51,706 nucleotides of DNA from a virus (lineage: Duplodnaviria > Caudoviricetes), in IMG/VR virus record IMGVR_UViG_3300030620_000008, positions 1 to 51,706 of that record; one strand, given 5' to 3'. Below, one piece after another: positions 36,222 to 43,967 of this stretch. Position numbers and translations under genes: made by a program. The notes under the pieces were generated by a model. That model saw only the letters and a list, made by a program, of their open reading frames with translations, was not told the origin of the DNA and did no database searches. Position 1 is the stretch's first letter, and each line of letters begins with the position of its first letter.

Positions 36222-36773
36222 TTAGGCCGCTTGTTCATCCGTCTTTACATCGCTGATCAGCGTACAAGCATCAAGATCGAGCCTTGAGTAATAGACGTTC
36301 GGCTTTTTCCGATCTTGCTGGTGAACGATTGGCCCGCGGAATTGGTGGCCGATGATGCCTTGTTGAATATCAACCACCGTTCCACTTGCCTTGGCATGGA
36401 TGCTCAGTAACAAATCCTTGAACATTCCAAGCCATTGCTGAACCTGCTCTTGCGTAGGTTTTTTACCCTCTTCAACCGGCAAGAATTGCATCTCGCCGTG
36501 TTCTTTACCAAGCAAGTCCTCATGATCAACGTTTTCATCGGCGCATTCGACAACGCCGATACAGGTGAATGTAGTGAAGAAACAAAGCTTCCCACCCATC
36601 ACTCGTTGTTCAGACTTCTTCAGTTCCCAATCATAGAGCCCGATTGGGAACTTGTAGGCTGTCATGCGGAAACGTTCGACCTCGGTAATATCGACATTAC
36701 CAAGGTCCGCCAACGTCATCTGCATGTCTTGATCGCCAACCTTCACGACGATCGAGTGTTCTTGGTCAGTCAT
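36222..36773 (-). CDS. Putative single-stranded DNA-binding protein
   Basis: 183 aa downstream of the AAA_24 ATPase; FPIGLY beta-rich OB-like pattern; acidic. Confidence 0.5.
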   Translation of the reverse strand: MTDQEHSIVVKVGDQDMQMTLADLGNVDITEVERFRMTAYKFPIGLYDWELKKSEQRVMGGKLCFFTTFTCIGVVECADENVDHEDLLGKEHGEMQFLPVEEGKKPTQEQVQQWLGMFKDLLLSIHAKASGTVVDIQQGIIGHQFRGPIVHQQDRKKPNVYYSRLDLDACTLISDVKTDEQAA

Positions 36774-36894
36774 TGTTACTTTCCACTTCCTGTTTGTTTT
36801 CCTTGGCGGTAAAACAAAGCGAGATCATCACCGCCATTACTAGGGCGCCAATCCAGAGACCAAGGAGAAACGCAAGCCAGCCCGTCCATTCCAT
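36766..36894 (-). CDS. 42-aa single-transmembrane protein (not in ORF track)
   Basis: MEWTGWLAFLLGLWIGALVMAVMISLCFTAKENKQEVESNND; SD GAGG. Confidence 0.7.
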   Translation of the reverse strand: MEWTGWLAFLLGLWIGALVMAVMISLCFTAKENKQEVESNND

Positions 36895-36922
36895 AATCTT
36901 AGCCTCTGCTTTACAGTGTTTG

Positions 36923-37096
36923 TTATTCGTTGTAGGTTGCTAACGTGATTTGATCGTCGTCAACCTCAACAAAGTTGACTTCCTGCTCATCATCAGATGA
37001 TTGCAGGTTTTGCGTAAAGACAACGTCGGTGTCGAGAGTTACCTGGTTTTCTTTAACCAGGTTTAACAGATTAGTAATGAGTTCGAGAACCTTCAC
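36923..37096 (-). CDS. 57-aa acidic protein (not in ORF track)
   Basis: GTG start with GTGA overlap and SD GGAGG; 13 D/E versus 2 K. Confidence 0.7.
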   Translation of the reverse strand: MKVLELITNLLNLVKENQVTLDTDVVFTQNLQSSDDEQEVNFVEVDDDQITLATYNE

Positions 37097-38190
37097 GTTT
37101 TTCCCTCCACGCTGGGTTTGCTGGGTTTACCAAACAAAAGCGTCGGTTTAGGTTGGTTCGATGCTTCTAATTGAATAGGTGTAGGTGGTTTATTAATGAT
37201 TTTCTTTTTTTCCATTGAAGCTTGTAATAAGCCGAATTGTGGATGTGCGTCACCTCTATTATAAAATTTAAATGCTTCTGGTGGTGCACTATTAATAGGT
37301 GTTGAGATAGTCAAATAATCACAAATTTTACTAGGTGATAAATCCTGCCATTTAGTTAAAGCCGGCGGAATTGTTCTAGTACCACCATCTCTTTCATTAC
37401 TTGGTTTACTATCTATGTAAAAATCATTTCCGGCTAATAAGAAATAAAGCATTTCAAAATCAGCTGGCATTTGTATTGCGTGATTAGCGCTTGTTGATTT
37501 AATTTGTGTTTTAATCCATTCTACTTCTTCACGCATTTTACCCGTTGTGGGATTAAGTGTTTGTTTTCTTTTTTCATACCGATCTTCATGTGCTATGATT
37601 ATTAAATGACACGGTAATGATTGTAATTGTTTATAAGTCCATGTTGCGAAATGTCTGGTCCAACCAAATTCTGGCCGCTTTTCATTATCCGGTGTTACAT
37701 CGCTGAAGTCATATTTAGTTTCCAATGCATACTTCCAAGTCAAGCCCCAACAGAATGAAGTCCAACTATCTAATATTAGTATGTCATTGCGAGTAGTTTT
37801 ACTAATATCAATTTCAATATATGGCTGGTCTTTTGTAAGACTGTTAACTGTCGGAACAATTGTTTTATTATTTTCATTCCAGAAAAATCTGCCAGATTGG
37901 TTGTTTGGATAATCATCTTGTTTAAGCATTCTGGTAAAGAATTGTGGCGCTACCGGCATGTCAGTTTTGTCTGATAGGTCTATTACAAAAATTCTATCTC
38001 TTGCGGATTTAGAAATTTGCTTAGCAATATTATAGCCGCCTTCATCAATACATAGATGTATTATATTGAAACCAATTTCAGCAAATTTAAGAGACCACCA
38101 AGTTTTTTTAGTTTTTGGTTTGCCGTAGATTAAGAGATTAATTTTTAGTTGGTGGTTATTGATCATGTCATTGGCGGTTGGCATATTCAA
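37093..38190 (-). CDS. AAA_24/Sak4-like ATPase
   Basis: LLIYGKPKTKKT, LILDSWT, HLIIIAHE. Confidence 0.75.
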   Translation of the reverse strand: MNMPTANDMINNHQLKINLLIYGKPKTKKTWWSLKFAEIGFNIIHLCIDEGGYNIAKQISKSARDRIFVIDLSDKTDMPVAPQFFTRMLKQDDYPNNQSGRFFWNENNKTIVPTVNSLTKDQPYIEIDISKTTRNDILILDSWTSFCWGLTWKYALETKYDFSDVTPDNEKRPEFGWTRHFATWTYKQLQSLPCHLIIIAHEDRYEKRKQTLNPTTGKMREEVEWIKTQIKSTSANHAIQMPADFEMLYFLLAGNDFYIDSKPSNERDGGTRTIPPALTKWQDLSPSKICDYLTISTPINSAPPEAFKFYNRGDAHPQFGLLQASMEKKKIINKPPTPIQLEASNQPKPTLLFGKPSKPSVEGKT

Positions 38191-38585
38191 TTACTCCTAA
38201 TCATAGGTTTTCTGTCCCACCTATACTTCTCTTCATTCGGTAGCGTCGGTTCATTATCAACAATCATTTGATAATCTATATTATCCCAATAATTAACCAT
38301 TTCTTCCGGTTCAACCCCATACATTTTAGCGATTGATTTGAATAATTGGTGATAATTATAAACCGGATCGGTTTCACCTTCCAATACAGGGTAGTTTTTC
38401 TCTTTAATCCAATTCTCATGGGCTAATTGCGCATAGAAATATAGAGCGTGACAAGCTGGATGATCATCTAGGAAGCCGTTTGGCTTTATTAGATTAGTAA
38501 ATCTTTTAGGAGTAAACTTTACAGTAAATTCTTTTTGGCCTTTTATAACATTCATTGGTTGCATAGTAATCTTATCTCTAGGCAT
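38187..38585 (-). CDS. Hypothetical protein
   Basis: 132 aa, overlaps both neighbours. Confidence 0.75.
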   Translation of the reverse strand: MPRDKITMQPMNVIKGQKEFTVKFTPKRFTNLIKPNGFLDDHPACHALYFYAQLAHENWIKEKNYPVLEGETDPVYNYHQLFKSIAKMYGVEPEEMVNYWDNIDYQMIVDNEPTLPNEEKYRWDRKPMIRSN

Positions 38586-38811
38586 CTTTCTTTACTGCCT
38601 TTTCGTTATACTGTATCAGTTTTTCTAAGTCAAAGGTATTCCAATACTCTGGTTTACATTCTACTATATACACGCCGATTACAGGATCAAGTCTACTTAC
38701 TTTCATGGTGTATAGATATTGAATAAGCGCTTTTGTTTTATTCTCCGCATTAATAACCCGTGTAACAGGCACACTCCTTTTACGAATTGTTATGATATAA
38801 AAGGTTTTCAT
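38578..38811 (-). CDS. Hypothetical protein
   Basis: 77 aa, ATGA overlap, SD GGAAG. Confidence 0.7.
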   Translation of the reverse strand: MKTFYIITIRKRSVPVTRVINAENKTKALIQYLYTMKVSRLDPVIGVYIVECKPEYWNTFDLEKLIQYNEKAVKKDA

Positions 38812-39089
38812 GCCGCTTCCTGCATCTTCTTTTGTGCCTTTTGAAATTTTTCTTCGACCTCTTTAAGTAGATCTTTATCTTTTATTAAATGGAAAAAATC
38901 AGGATGTGGCGCATTACATCTTACACATGATCTATATGTCTCATGATAATCCCAAACAAATAATGACGGACTTAGCATACACCAGTAACAAAAATCTTTC
39001 ATAGTTACTAGTGTGATACGGCTTGATGGTGTTAATATTTTATCCGGTTCACTAGCTTTTTGGGGAAATAATTTTTTTAGAAAATTCAT
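38808..39089 (-). CDS. Small zinc-finger-like protein
   Basis: CYWC...CVRC pairs. Confidence 0.65.
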   Translation of the reverse strand: MNFLKKLFPQKASEPDKILTPSSRITLVTMKDFCYWCMLSPSLFVWDYHETYRSCVRCNAPHPDFFHLIKDKDLLKEVEEKFQKAQKKMQEAA

Positions 39090-40091
39090 TTATGCAACCT
39101 CACTCATCTTTTCAAATTCTAACTCAGCCTTAATCCAAGGCTCCGGCCGTTCCCAAATTTTTTCACTAGAGATGTTTTCTTTCATTTGATCTATTGCTTG
39201 TTTAACTAATTGTTTATTATGAACATCATGACAATACTTAAAAAATCTGCAAATATTTCCATAACTATCAACACATCTACTTCCTCTTTTAGGGAACCAT
39301 CCCATTTGATAATATGCTTTAATATCATTTAGATCAGAATAAAAAGTTCTCAACCAGTCTTGAATATCTATTTCAGATTTTGTAATCTGATAAGGTTTAA
39401 CGGATGCCTTTAATATATCTATGTAAACTGAGATATAAATAACAGTTAATGATTTGATTGGCCTATTTTGAATATGTTCTAATACTACTGCGTAAGGGAT
39501 GCATTGATCATCATTGGCATAAACATAAAACATGTCAGCCGGTTTATTTCTACGATGTGTCTTTACATCTATTACTATGTAGGTTTGATCAAGTAATGAA
39601 TAAACTATTCCATCTATAAATCCTACATAGTAGACTGGGATATCTTGAATATCACTCAAGCTAAAGTTAGATATTTTGATTTCAAACGGTACTTCTAAGG
39701 CCGGTCTTGTTAATCCGTCAACGCATTTAATTTCGGTTAATTCATATGGAGTTAAATCTTTCGAACTAGTCATTGCAACTAATGCAGATATACCAGCTTC
39801 AAGACTTCTATTATTAATTGGGTCAGGAACTTGATTAATCGGATAATGCTGTGCATAAGCCCAAATGGCTTCTTCTAAGTTTTTATTCTTGAGCCAAGTT
39901 TGATAACCGATATGCAATGCCTGCCCAATAACAGCAGCGTCACCATCGTAATCATCTTTTATGCGAGGCCATTCAAAAAATTTGGCAAATTCTAATTTCT
40001 TTTCACATGTATTATATGTGCCGCGACTTGAGTGGCTTAGGTCTAAGCGTTTTAAGTTTGGGTAGAAAGAATATAGCATTACAGGTGCCAA
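39090..40091 (-). CDS. PD-(D/E)xK exonuclease, Cas4/RecB-like
   Basis: LSHSS..TYNTC, GQALH, GFIDG..VIDVKT, and C-terminal C..C..C; start is TTG at 40091 or ATG at 40079. Confidence 0.82.
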   Translation of the reverse strand: MAPVMLYSFYPNLKRLDLSHSSRGTYNTCEKKLEFAKFFEWPRIKDDYDGDAAVIGQALHIGYQTWLKNKNLEEAIWAYAQHYPINQVPDPINNRSLEAGISALVAMTSSKDLTPYELTEIKCVDGLTRPALEVPFEIKISNFSLSDIQDIPVYYVGFIDGIVYSLLDQTYIVIDVKTHRRNKPADMFYVYANDDQCIPYAVVLEHIQNRPIKSLTVIYISVYIDILKASVKPYQITKSEIDIQDWLRTFYSDLNDIKAYYQMGWFPKRGSRCVDSYGNICRFFKYCHDVHNKQLVKQAIDQMKENISSEKIWERPEPWIKAELEFEKMSEVA

Positions 40092-40218
40092 CTCAGTTAC
40101 ACTGTTATCCTAGTAGCCGGGGGCCTTGCGAGCTGACCAGGCATGGAGGTCTGGAGTGTGTAACCATCCAGTGTCTCGAGAATGGATGCTTGCCCAGGTT
40201 TATCAAGAAAGTTGGCAT
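40085..40218. ncRNA. Candidate multibranch structured RNA
   Basis: Nested stems TGCCAACT/AGTTGGCA, GTTACAC/GTGTAAC, CATCCA/TGGATG, CTTG/CAAG in a GC-rich spacer. Confidence 0.55.
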
Positions 40219-40235
40219 AATGAAATTATTGTAGA

Positions 40236-40703
40236 TCATTGTATTCCCAACCCATCAAGGATGCTTGAAACATCAGCCACATCACTAGCTTTCTTCCTAG
40301 TCTTGCTTGCCGTACTCTCAGCTCTTTTAACTTGACTGCCGTAGCATTGTTGTAAACCTTTTACCATTATTCCAATATCTTGTGGTTGAAGTATTTCTTT
40401 TAAAACAGGATAACTTTGTAAAATTCCTAACACATATCTAACATCTTTAGAAACTAATTCTTTATCACTAAAATTTGCGACAATTGATGCAAGTGAAGTC
40501 TTAATATTACCCTTTAAAATCTCTTCATCGGTCTCTTCTTGAATTTGATCTTTTTTGCTTGAAATTGCTTGGATTTCAGTGGTTTGTAATTGTTCTGCAA
40601 TTTGTTCATTTGTTAATTGTTTAACTGCATTGCTAGCTGGTGTGCTGCCACGTTTAGATGCGGCAAGAGCCTCTTGAAGAAGTTTAACGGCGTTACTTGT
40701 CAT
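40236..40703 (-). CDS. Hypothetical protein
   Basis: 155 aa, helical, SD AAGGA. Confidence 0.75.
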   Translation of the reverse strand: MTSNAVKLLQEALAASKRGSTPASNAVKQLTNEQIAEQLQTTEIQAISSKKDQIQEETDEEILKGNIKTSLASIVANFSDKELVSKDVRYVLGILQSYPVLKEILQPQDIGIMVKGLQQCYGSQVKRAESTASKTRKKASDVADVSSILDGLGIQ

Positions 40704-40879
40704 TGTTGTGTTTTCCTTTTTTTATTAAGTTCTGGTCGATTAGAATTAAGCCATGTTTCAATAGCTTCTAAAATACTTTTTGGTGTTAAATCAATTGGAG
40801 GTGTATGCATAATATGATGAAAAATTATTTGAGCTAATTGACGTTTTGGATCAAAATGTGGTGTTGCTTGTTCAGACAT
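40700..40879 (-). CDS. 59-aa hypothetical protein (not in ORF track)
   Basis: MSEQATPHFDPKRQ...; SD AGGAG; ATGA overlap with the next gene. Confidence 0.7.
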   Translation of the reverse strand: MSEQATPHFDPKRQLAQIIFHHIMHTPPIDLTPKSILEAIETWLNSNRPELNKKRKTQQ

Positions 40880-40889
40880 TTATTCTCTC

Positions 40890-41228
40890 CTATTCTACAC
40901 CAACTTGATCTAAAATCTTCGACATTTCATTCTCCACTTCAGCAAGTAAACTACTTTCCGCACTGAACATTTTCATAGTAATCCAAGTAGTATTACTACC
41001 CTCTCTGGAATATGTAAGTTTTGTTTTAAATTTTGGTACCGGTTTACCTTTTGTAATTAATCCTTTTTTAGCTCTACTTAATTCAACACGCATTCGACTA
41101 ATATAGTCTCTTGCATCATGCATATTACCAGGAATTATCAAGCTGATTTCTTGATGCTTTAGAAAAGTTATTAAATCTGATTTTGGAGTAGAGATTTTAT
41201 TAAAGGTTTGCATTTCAGTCTGAACCAT
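40890..41228 (-). CDS. Hypothetical protein
   Basis: 112 aa ORF in the operon. Confidence 0.7.
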   Translation of the reverse strand: MVQTEMQTFNKISTPKSDLITFLKHQEISLIIPGNMHDARDYISRMRVELSRAKKGLITKGKPVPKFKTKLTYSREGSNTTWITMKMFSAESSLLAEVENEMSKILDQVGVE

Positions 41229-41470
41229 CTGAGTGACGCCTGTTTGTCTTGGTCAGTTTTATCTAGTTGATAGAGTTTTTGCGTGCCGTCTATTTGTTTT
41301 AATTGTAACTCATCAATTAAATCTGTTTGCGAATGCATACAAAGGTAACAATATGGAATAAAGTTTAAATAGACTATATTAATAACGGAATAATAAAAAG
41401 CTAGCGGTTTGCCGCAATTTGCGCAGTTGATTGAATGCATTATATGGCGGTATTTTGCATGATTAGGCAC
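41171..41470 (-). CDS. Zinc-finger-like hypothetical protein
   Basis: CANC...CYLC. Confidence 0.55.
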   Translation of the reverse strand: MPNHAKYRHIMHSINCANCGKPLAFYYSVINIVYLNFIPYCYLCMHSQTDLIDELQLKQIDGTQKLYQLDKTDQDKQASLRWFRLKCKPLIKSLLQNQI

Positions 41471-41684
41471 TTGTTAATTTTCCGTTATATTTTTTAATCC
41501 TTTTTTCAGTAGCAAGTTGTTCTTCTTTGCGCCATTTGGGTCTGGCGGTGTTTAAATCTCGATCTGTTTCAATACCTATTCTTTGCATATGAAGAATTTT
41601 TCTGTTAACATAATCAAGTTTGTTTCCTTTAATACCTTTAAAACGATTGAAAGTTGGGCGAATTGCAGAACGGCCTTCGTCCAT
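41463..41684 (-). CDS. Basic hypothetical protein
   Basis: 73 aa, SD GGAGG. Confidence 0.7.
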   Translation of the reverse strand: MDEGRSAIRPTFNRFKGIKGNKLDYVNRKILHMQRIGIETDRDLNTARPKWRKEEQLATEKRIKKYNGKLTSA

Positions 41685-41718
41685 CTTTAGAAACCTCCAT
41701 TCAAACTGTTAGTGTGTT

Positions 41719-41955
41719 TCACTTGTTTAAGTCTTCTTCTTTTGCAATTCTAATGATAAGATATGCACAACTTTTTCCTTGAAAAACCTCTCCTTGTGCT
41801 AAATCTAGTGCGGTTGCAAATTCTTCATGTTGATCTAATTCAATTTCTGCATCTAAATACGCACGAATAAATTCCATCGGTACTTCAACTTCATAAATAT
41901 TATCAGCTGTGATTGTATAGTTCGGGCCGAGATTGTTTGATAAACCGTTGGACAT
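41719..41955 (-). CDS. Acidic hypothetical protein (78 aa)
   Basis: SD GGAGG before ATG at 41955; the in-frame extension to 42069 is probably leader. Confidence 0.7.
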   Translation of the reverse strand: MSNGLSNNLGPNYTITADNIYEVEVPMEFIRAYLDAEIELDQHEEFATALDLAQGEVFQGKSCAYLIIRIAKEEDLNK

Positions 41956-42069
41956 TTTAGAAACCTCCATCTCGTAGCTTCTGTTTTGACATGGCGTCGC
42001 TGAGTTCTTTTTGTCGCCAGGGAGACGAGTGCTGCCCATTTCTGCAATCGGGGAGGCTTCCATGAGCAT
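41956..42069 (-). promoter_or_regulatory. Structured 5' leader that sequesters the SD
   Basis: UGGAAGCCUCC pairs with GGAGGUUUCUA; inner stems CUCGU/ACGAG and UGGCG/CGCCA. Confidence 0.55.
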
Positions 42070-42075
42070 GGTCTC

Positions 42076-42104
42076 TTTATATACTAAATAACACGGTTTG
42101 TCAA
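42076..42104 (-). promoter_or_regulatory. Sigma70-like promoter
   Basis: TTGACA-N17-TATAAA. Confidence 0.7.
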
Positions 42105-42502
42105 GGAAAATTTCTGTAATTTTTGAGATTTTTAATTAAATCATTTAGTATTCTATTTATTTCTTTTAAATCATTTAGTATTCTGTTCATTTCTTCAGGT
42201 GATTTAGTTTTAACTGTTTTAGTATAACTATAAGTAAAATTTTTATTTGCTTCATTACTTATGTCTTTTAGTATTTTAGTAAAATCTTCCGTTGATAGTT
42301 CTCCGGCTAATTCACCTAATAAGGATGATGCTGTATTTATGAGTATTTTTATAATACACAGGATACATATATCATTTTGTTTTGCGTCTTCTAATAAATG
42401 AACTAATTCTGTTATAAATCCTGGATTATTTTTTATGCATTCTGTTGGTGACATGAAAACCGTAAGTCTGTCTGGCTTAGGTGTTTGATTGGTCATAGTC
42501 AT
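42101..42502 (-). CDS. Hypothetical protein with a 10-aa duplication
   Basis: 133 aa; EMNRILNDLK-EINRILNDLI. Confidence 0.7.
   Translation of the reverse strand: MTMTNQTPKPDRLTVFMSPTECIKNNPGFITELVHLLEDAKQNDICILCIIKILINTASSLLGELAGELSTEDFTKILKDISNEANKNFTYSYTKTVKTKSPEEMNRILNDLKEINRILNDLIKNLKNYRNFP
42136..42195. repeat. 30-bp tandem duplication
   Basis: Two units, identical at 28 of 30 positions. Confidence 0.9.
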
Positions 42503-43193
42503 CTCCTAAAAGGGTTGAGATTATGGTTTCGGCTTCATTCTTTATTTCTTCTATTATTAATTCTTTATCTTCATCTCCCTCGTCGCCCCAAGGTAATCCA
42601 TACCGCTCTGCACAGATTGGTCCATAGCCAGCTTCAACACTTCGATGATCAGTTAATTCTTTAGAACAGAAGCAGCAGTTTCCTGTTTTAATTCCATAGA
42701 TTTTAAGACTTTCATTCCCACCTGTTATTAAATCGGTTGTTAATGATCTAACAGCTTCTACCACATTTTGTATAATTATTTGATTTTCTAACGCTTCTAT
42801 TATAATTTTTTGCTCTGGAATAATTCTTGCAGCTTTGAATATTTCTAAATTATCATAATAACAAGCAGCTCCAATAAAATTCTTATATTTATTATAATGA
42901 AGTCTTATTCTAATATTATTAAAATATATTTGAAGCTTTGGCCATTTTAAATGTATTGATCCTCTTTTAAAGAAATCAAATAATACACTAGCATCTCTTA
43001 AATCAAATAATGGCACAGCCAATGATTGAGAATTAGTCTTTGCAAGTAGACTATGAACATATGGCCATTGTTTTTCAGATAACCAATTTTTTGCTCTATA
43101 TTGACCAATTAAACTGTTGGCAAAACTTTGATCTCTACCTGAAAGCTTTGAAAGCTTTTCTTCCAGACTTTCAATTAATCGCTGTTCTTGCAT
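42477..43193 (-). CDS. DUF6011 zinc-ribbon domain protein
   Basis: GNCCFCSKELTDHRSVEAGYGPICAERYG. Confidence 0.8.
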   Translation of the reverse strand: MQEQRLIESLEEKLSKLSGRDQSFANSLIGQYRAKNWLSEKQWPYVHSLLAKTNSQSLAVPLFDLRDASVLFDFFKRGSIHLKWPKLQIYFNNIRIRLHYNKYKNFIGAACYYDNLEIFKAARIIPEQKIIIEALENQIIIQNVVEAVRSLTTDLITGGNESLKIYGIKTGNCCFCSKELTDHRSVEAGYGPICAERYGLPWGDEGDEDKELIIEEIKNEAETIISTLLGDDYDQSNT

Positions 43194-43211
43194 TGCTCAT
43201 ACTCCTTTGTG

Positions 43212-43496
43212 CTAAGCGCCTTTACTATGGTTAGGCTTGCCTTTTCTTTGGGTATAGGGAATTGATGATCTAACAGCTAGCTTAGGAGTTAGTACGGTAG
43301 TTACGTGCCAAAACTGGAATAGCTCTTCATAGTATCTTTCTAATCTTAACTGTAATTGACTCGGCTTATGAAAATCTTTTTCATTTTTACCGAATATTGT
43401 AGGCGGTTGAAGTTCTATTGCTAAATTTGTTATTAATTTAGTAAATTCATCTGGATCAGGAATTAGATGGCCGGGACTAGACATGTTCATCTCCAT
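43212..43496 (-). CDS. Hypothetical protein
   Basis: About 90 aa ORF in the operon. Confidence 0.6.
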   Translation of the reverse strand: MEMNMSSPGHLIPDPDEFTKLITNLAIELQPPTIFGKNEKDFHKPSQLQLRLERYYEELFQFWHVTTVLTPKLAVRSSIPYTQRKGKPNHSKGA

Positions 43497-43737
43497 AATG
43501 ATCCTTTGTAGGATATGCAGTGCAATCCGGGCAAGGAATTAAATAACCAATAGCGTTTTGAATATGCCTTATATCATTGCAAGTATTGCAATTGAATTGA
43601 ATAGTTCTGCGCATTTCAGCAAGCGCTTGGCGCGCATCAAGACGGGCAATCCTCTCGGCGCGTGTATAATGCTCGCAATTGTCTCGCGCAGCGAGAAGTC
43701 TCCTAATGATTATAGTCAGCTTGTCAATTGTGTACAC
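43477..43737 (-). CDS. Zinc-finger-like hypothetical protein
   Basis: CNTC...CPDC; SD AAGGAG before GTG. Confidence 0.65.
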   Translation of the reverse strand: MYTIDKLTIIIRRLLAARDNCEHYTRAERIARLDARQALAEMRRTIQFNCNTCNDIRHIQNAIGYLIPCPDCTAYPTKDHYGDEHV

Positions 43738-43753
43738 AGGTTCGTACTCCTTG

Positions 43754-43963
43754 CTAGGGTTTCAACCAAAAGTTAGAAGCGGAACACCCAATGCCCGTGG
43801 CGGCAACCATGCTCGGGCCTCCGGCCGGCTTATTATCCAAAGCACGTAGATCAGCTTTCATGCGTTGTAATTTGTTCCATGGAGCGGAACCATATCCAAG
43901 TCGAACGGTAGCCAAAACACGTTCTAGCAGCCAGATTGCTTCAATTAGTTCCCATCTTTCCAT
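43754..43963 (-). CDS. Hypothetical protein
   Basis: Likely start MERWEL just after the helicase stop. Confidence 0.55.
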   Translation of the reverse strand: MERWELIEAIWLLERVLATVRLGYGSAPWNKLQRMKADLRALDNKPAGGPSMVAATGIGCSASNFWLKP

Positions 43964-43967
43964 CTGT

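Noticed and set aside
39090-40091. CRISPR-Cas locus suggested by the Cas4-like nuclease
   Set aside because: No cas1/cas2 or array; it sits in a phage recombination module with AAA_24 and SSB-like genes
40085-40218. Second tRNA or hammerhead ribozyme
   Set aside because: No T-loop or CCA end, and no CUGAUGA/GAAA core; kept only as an unknown structured RNA
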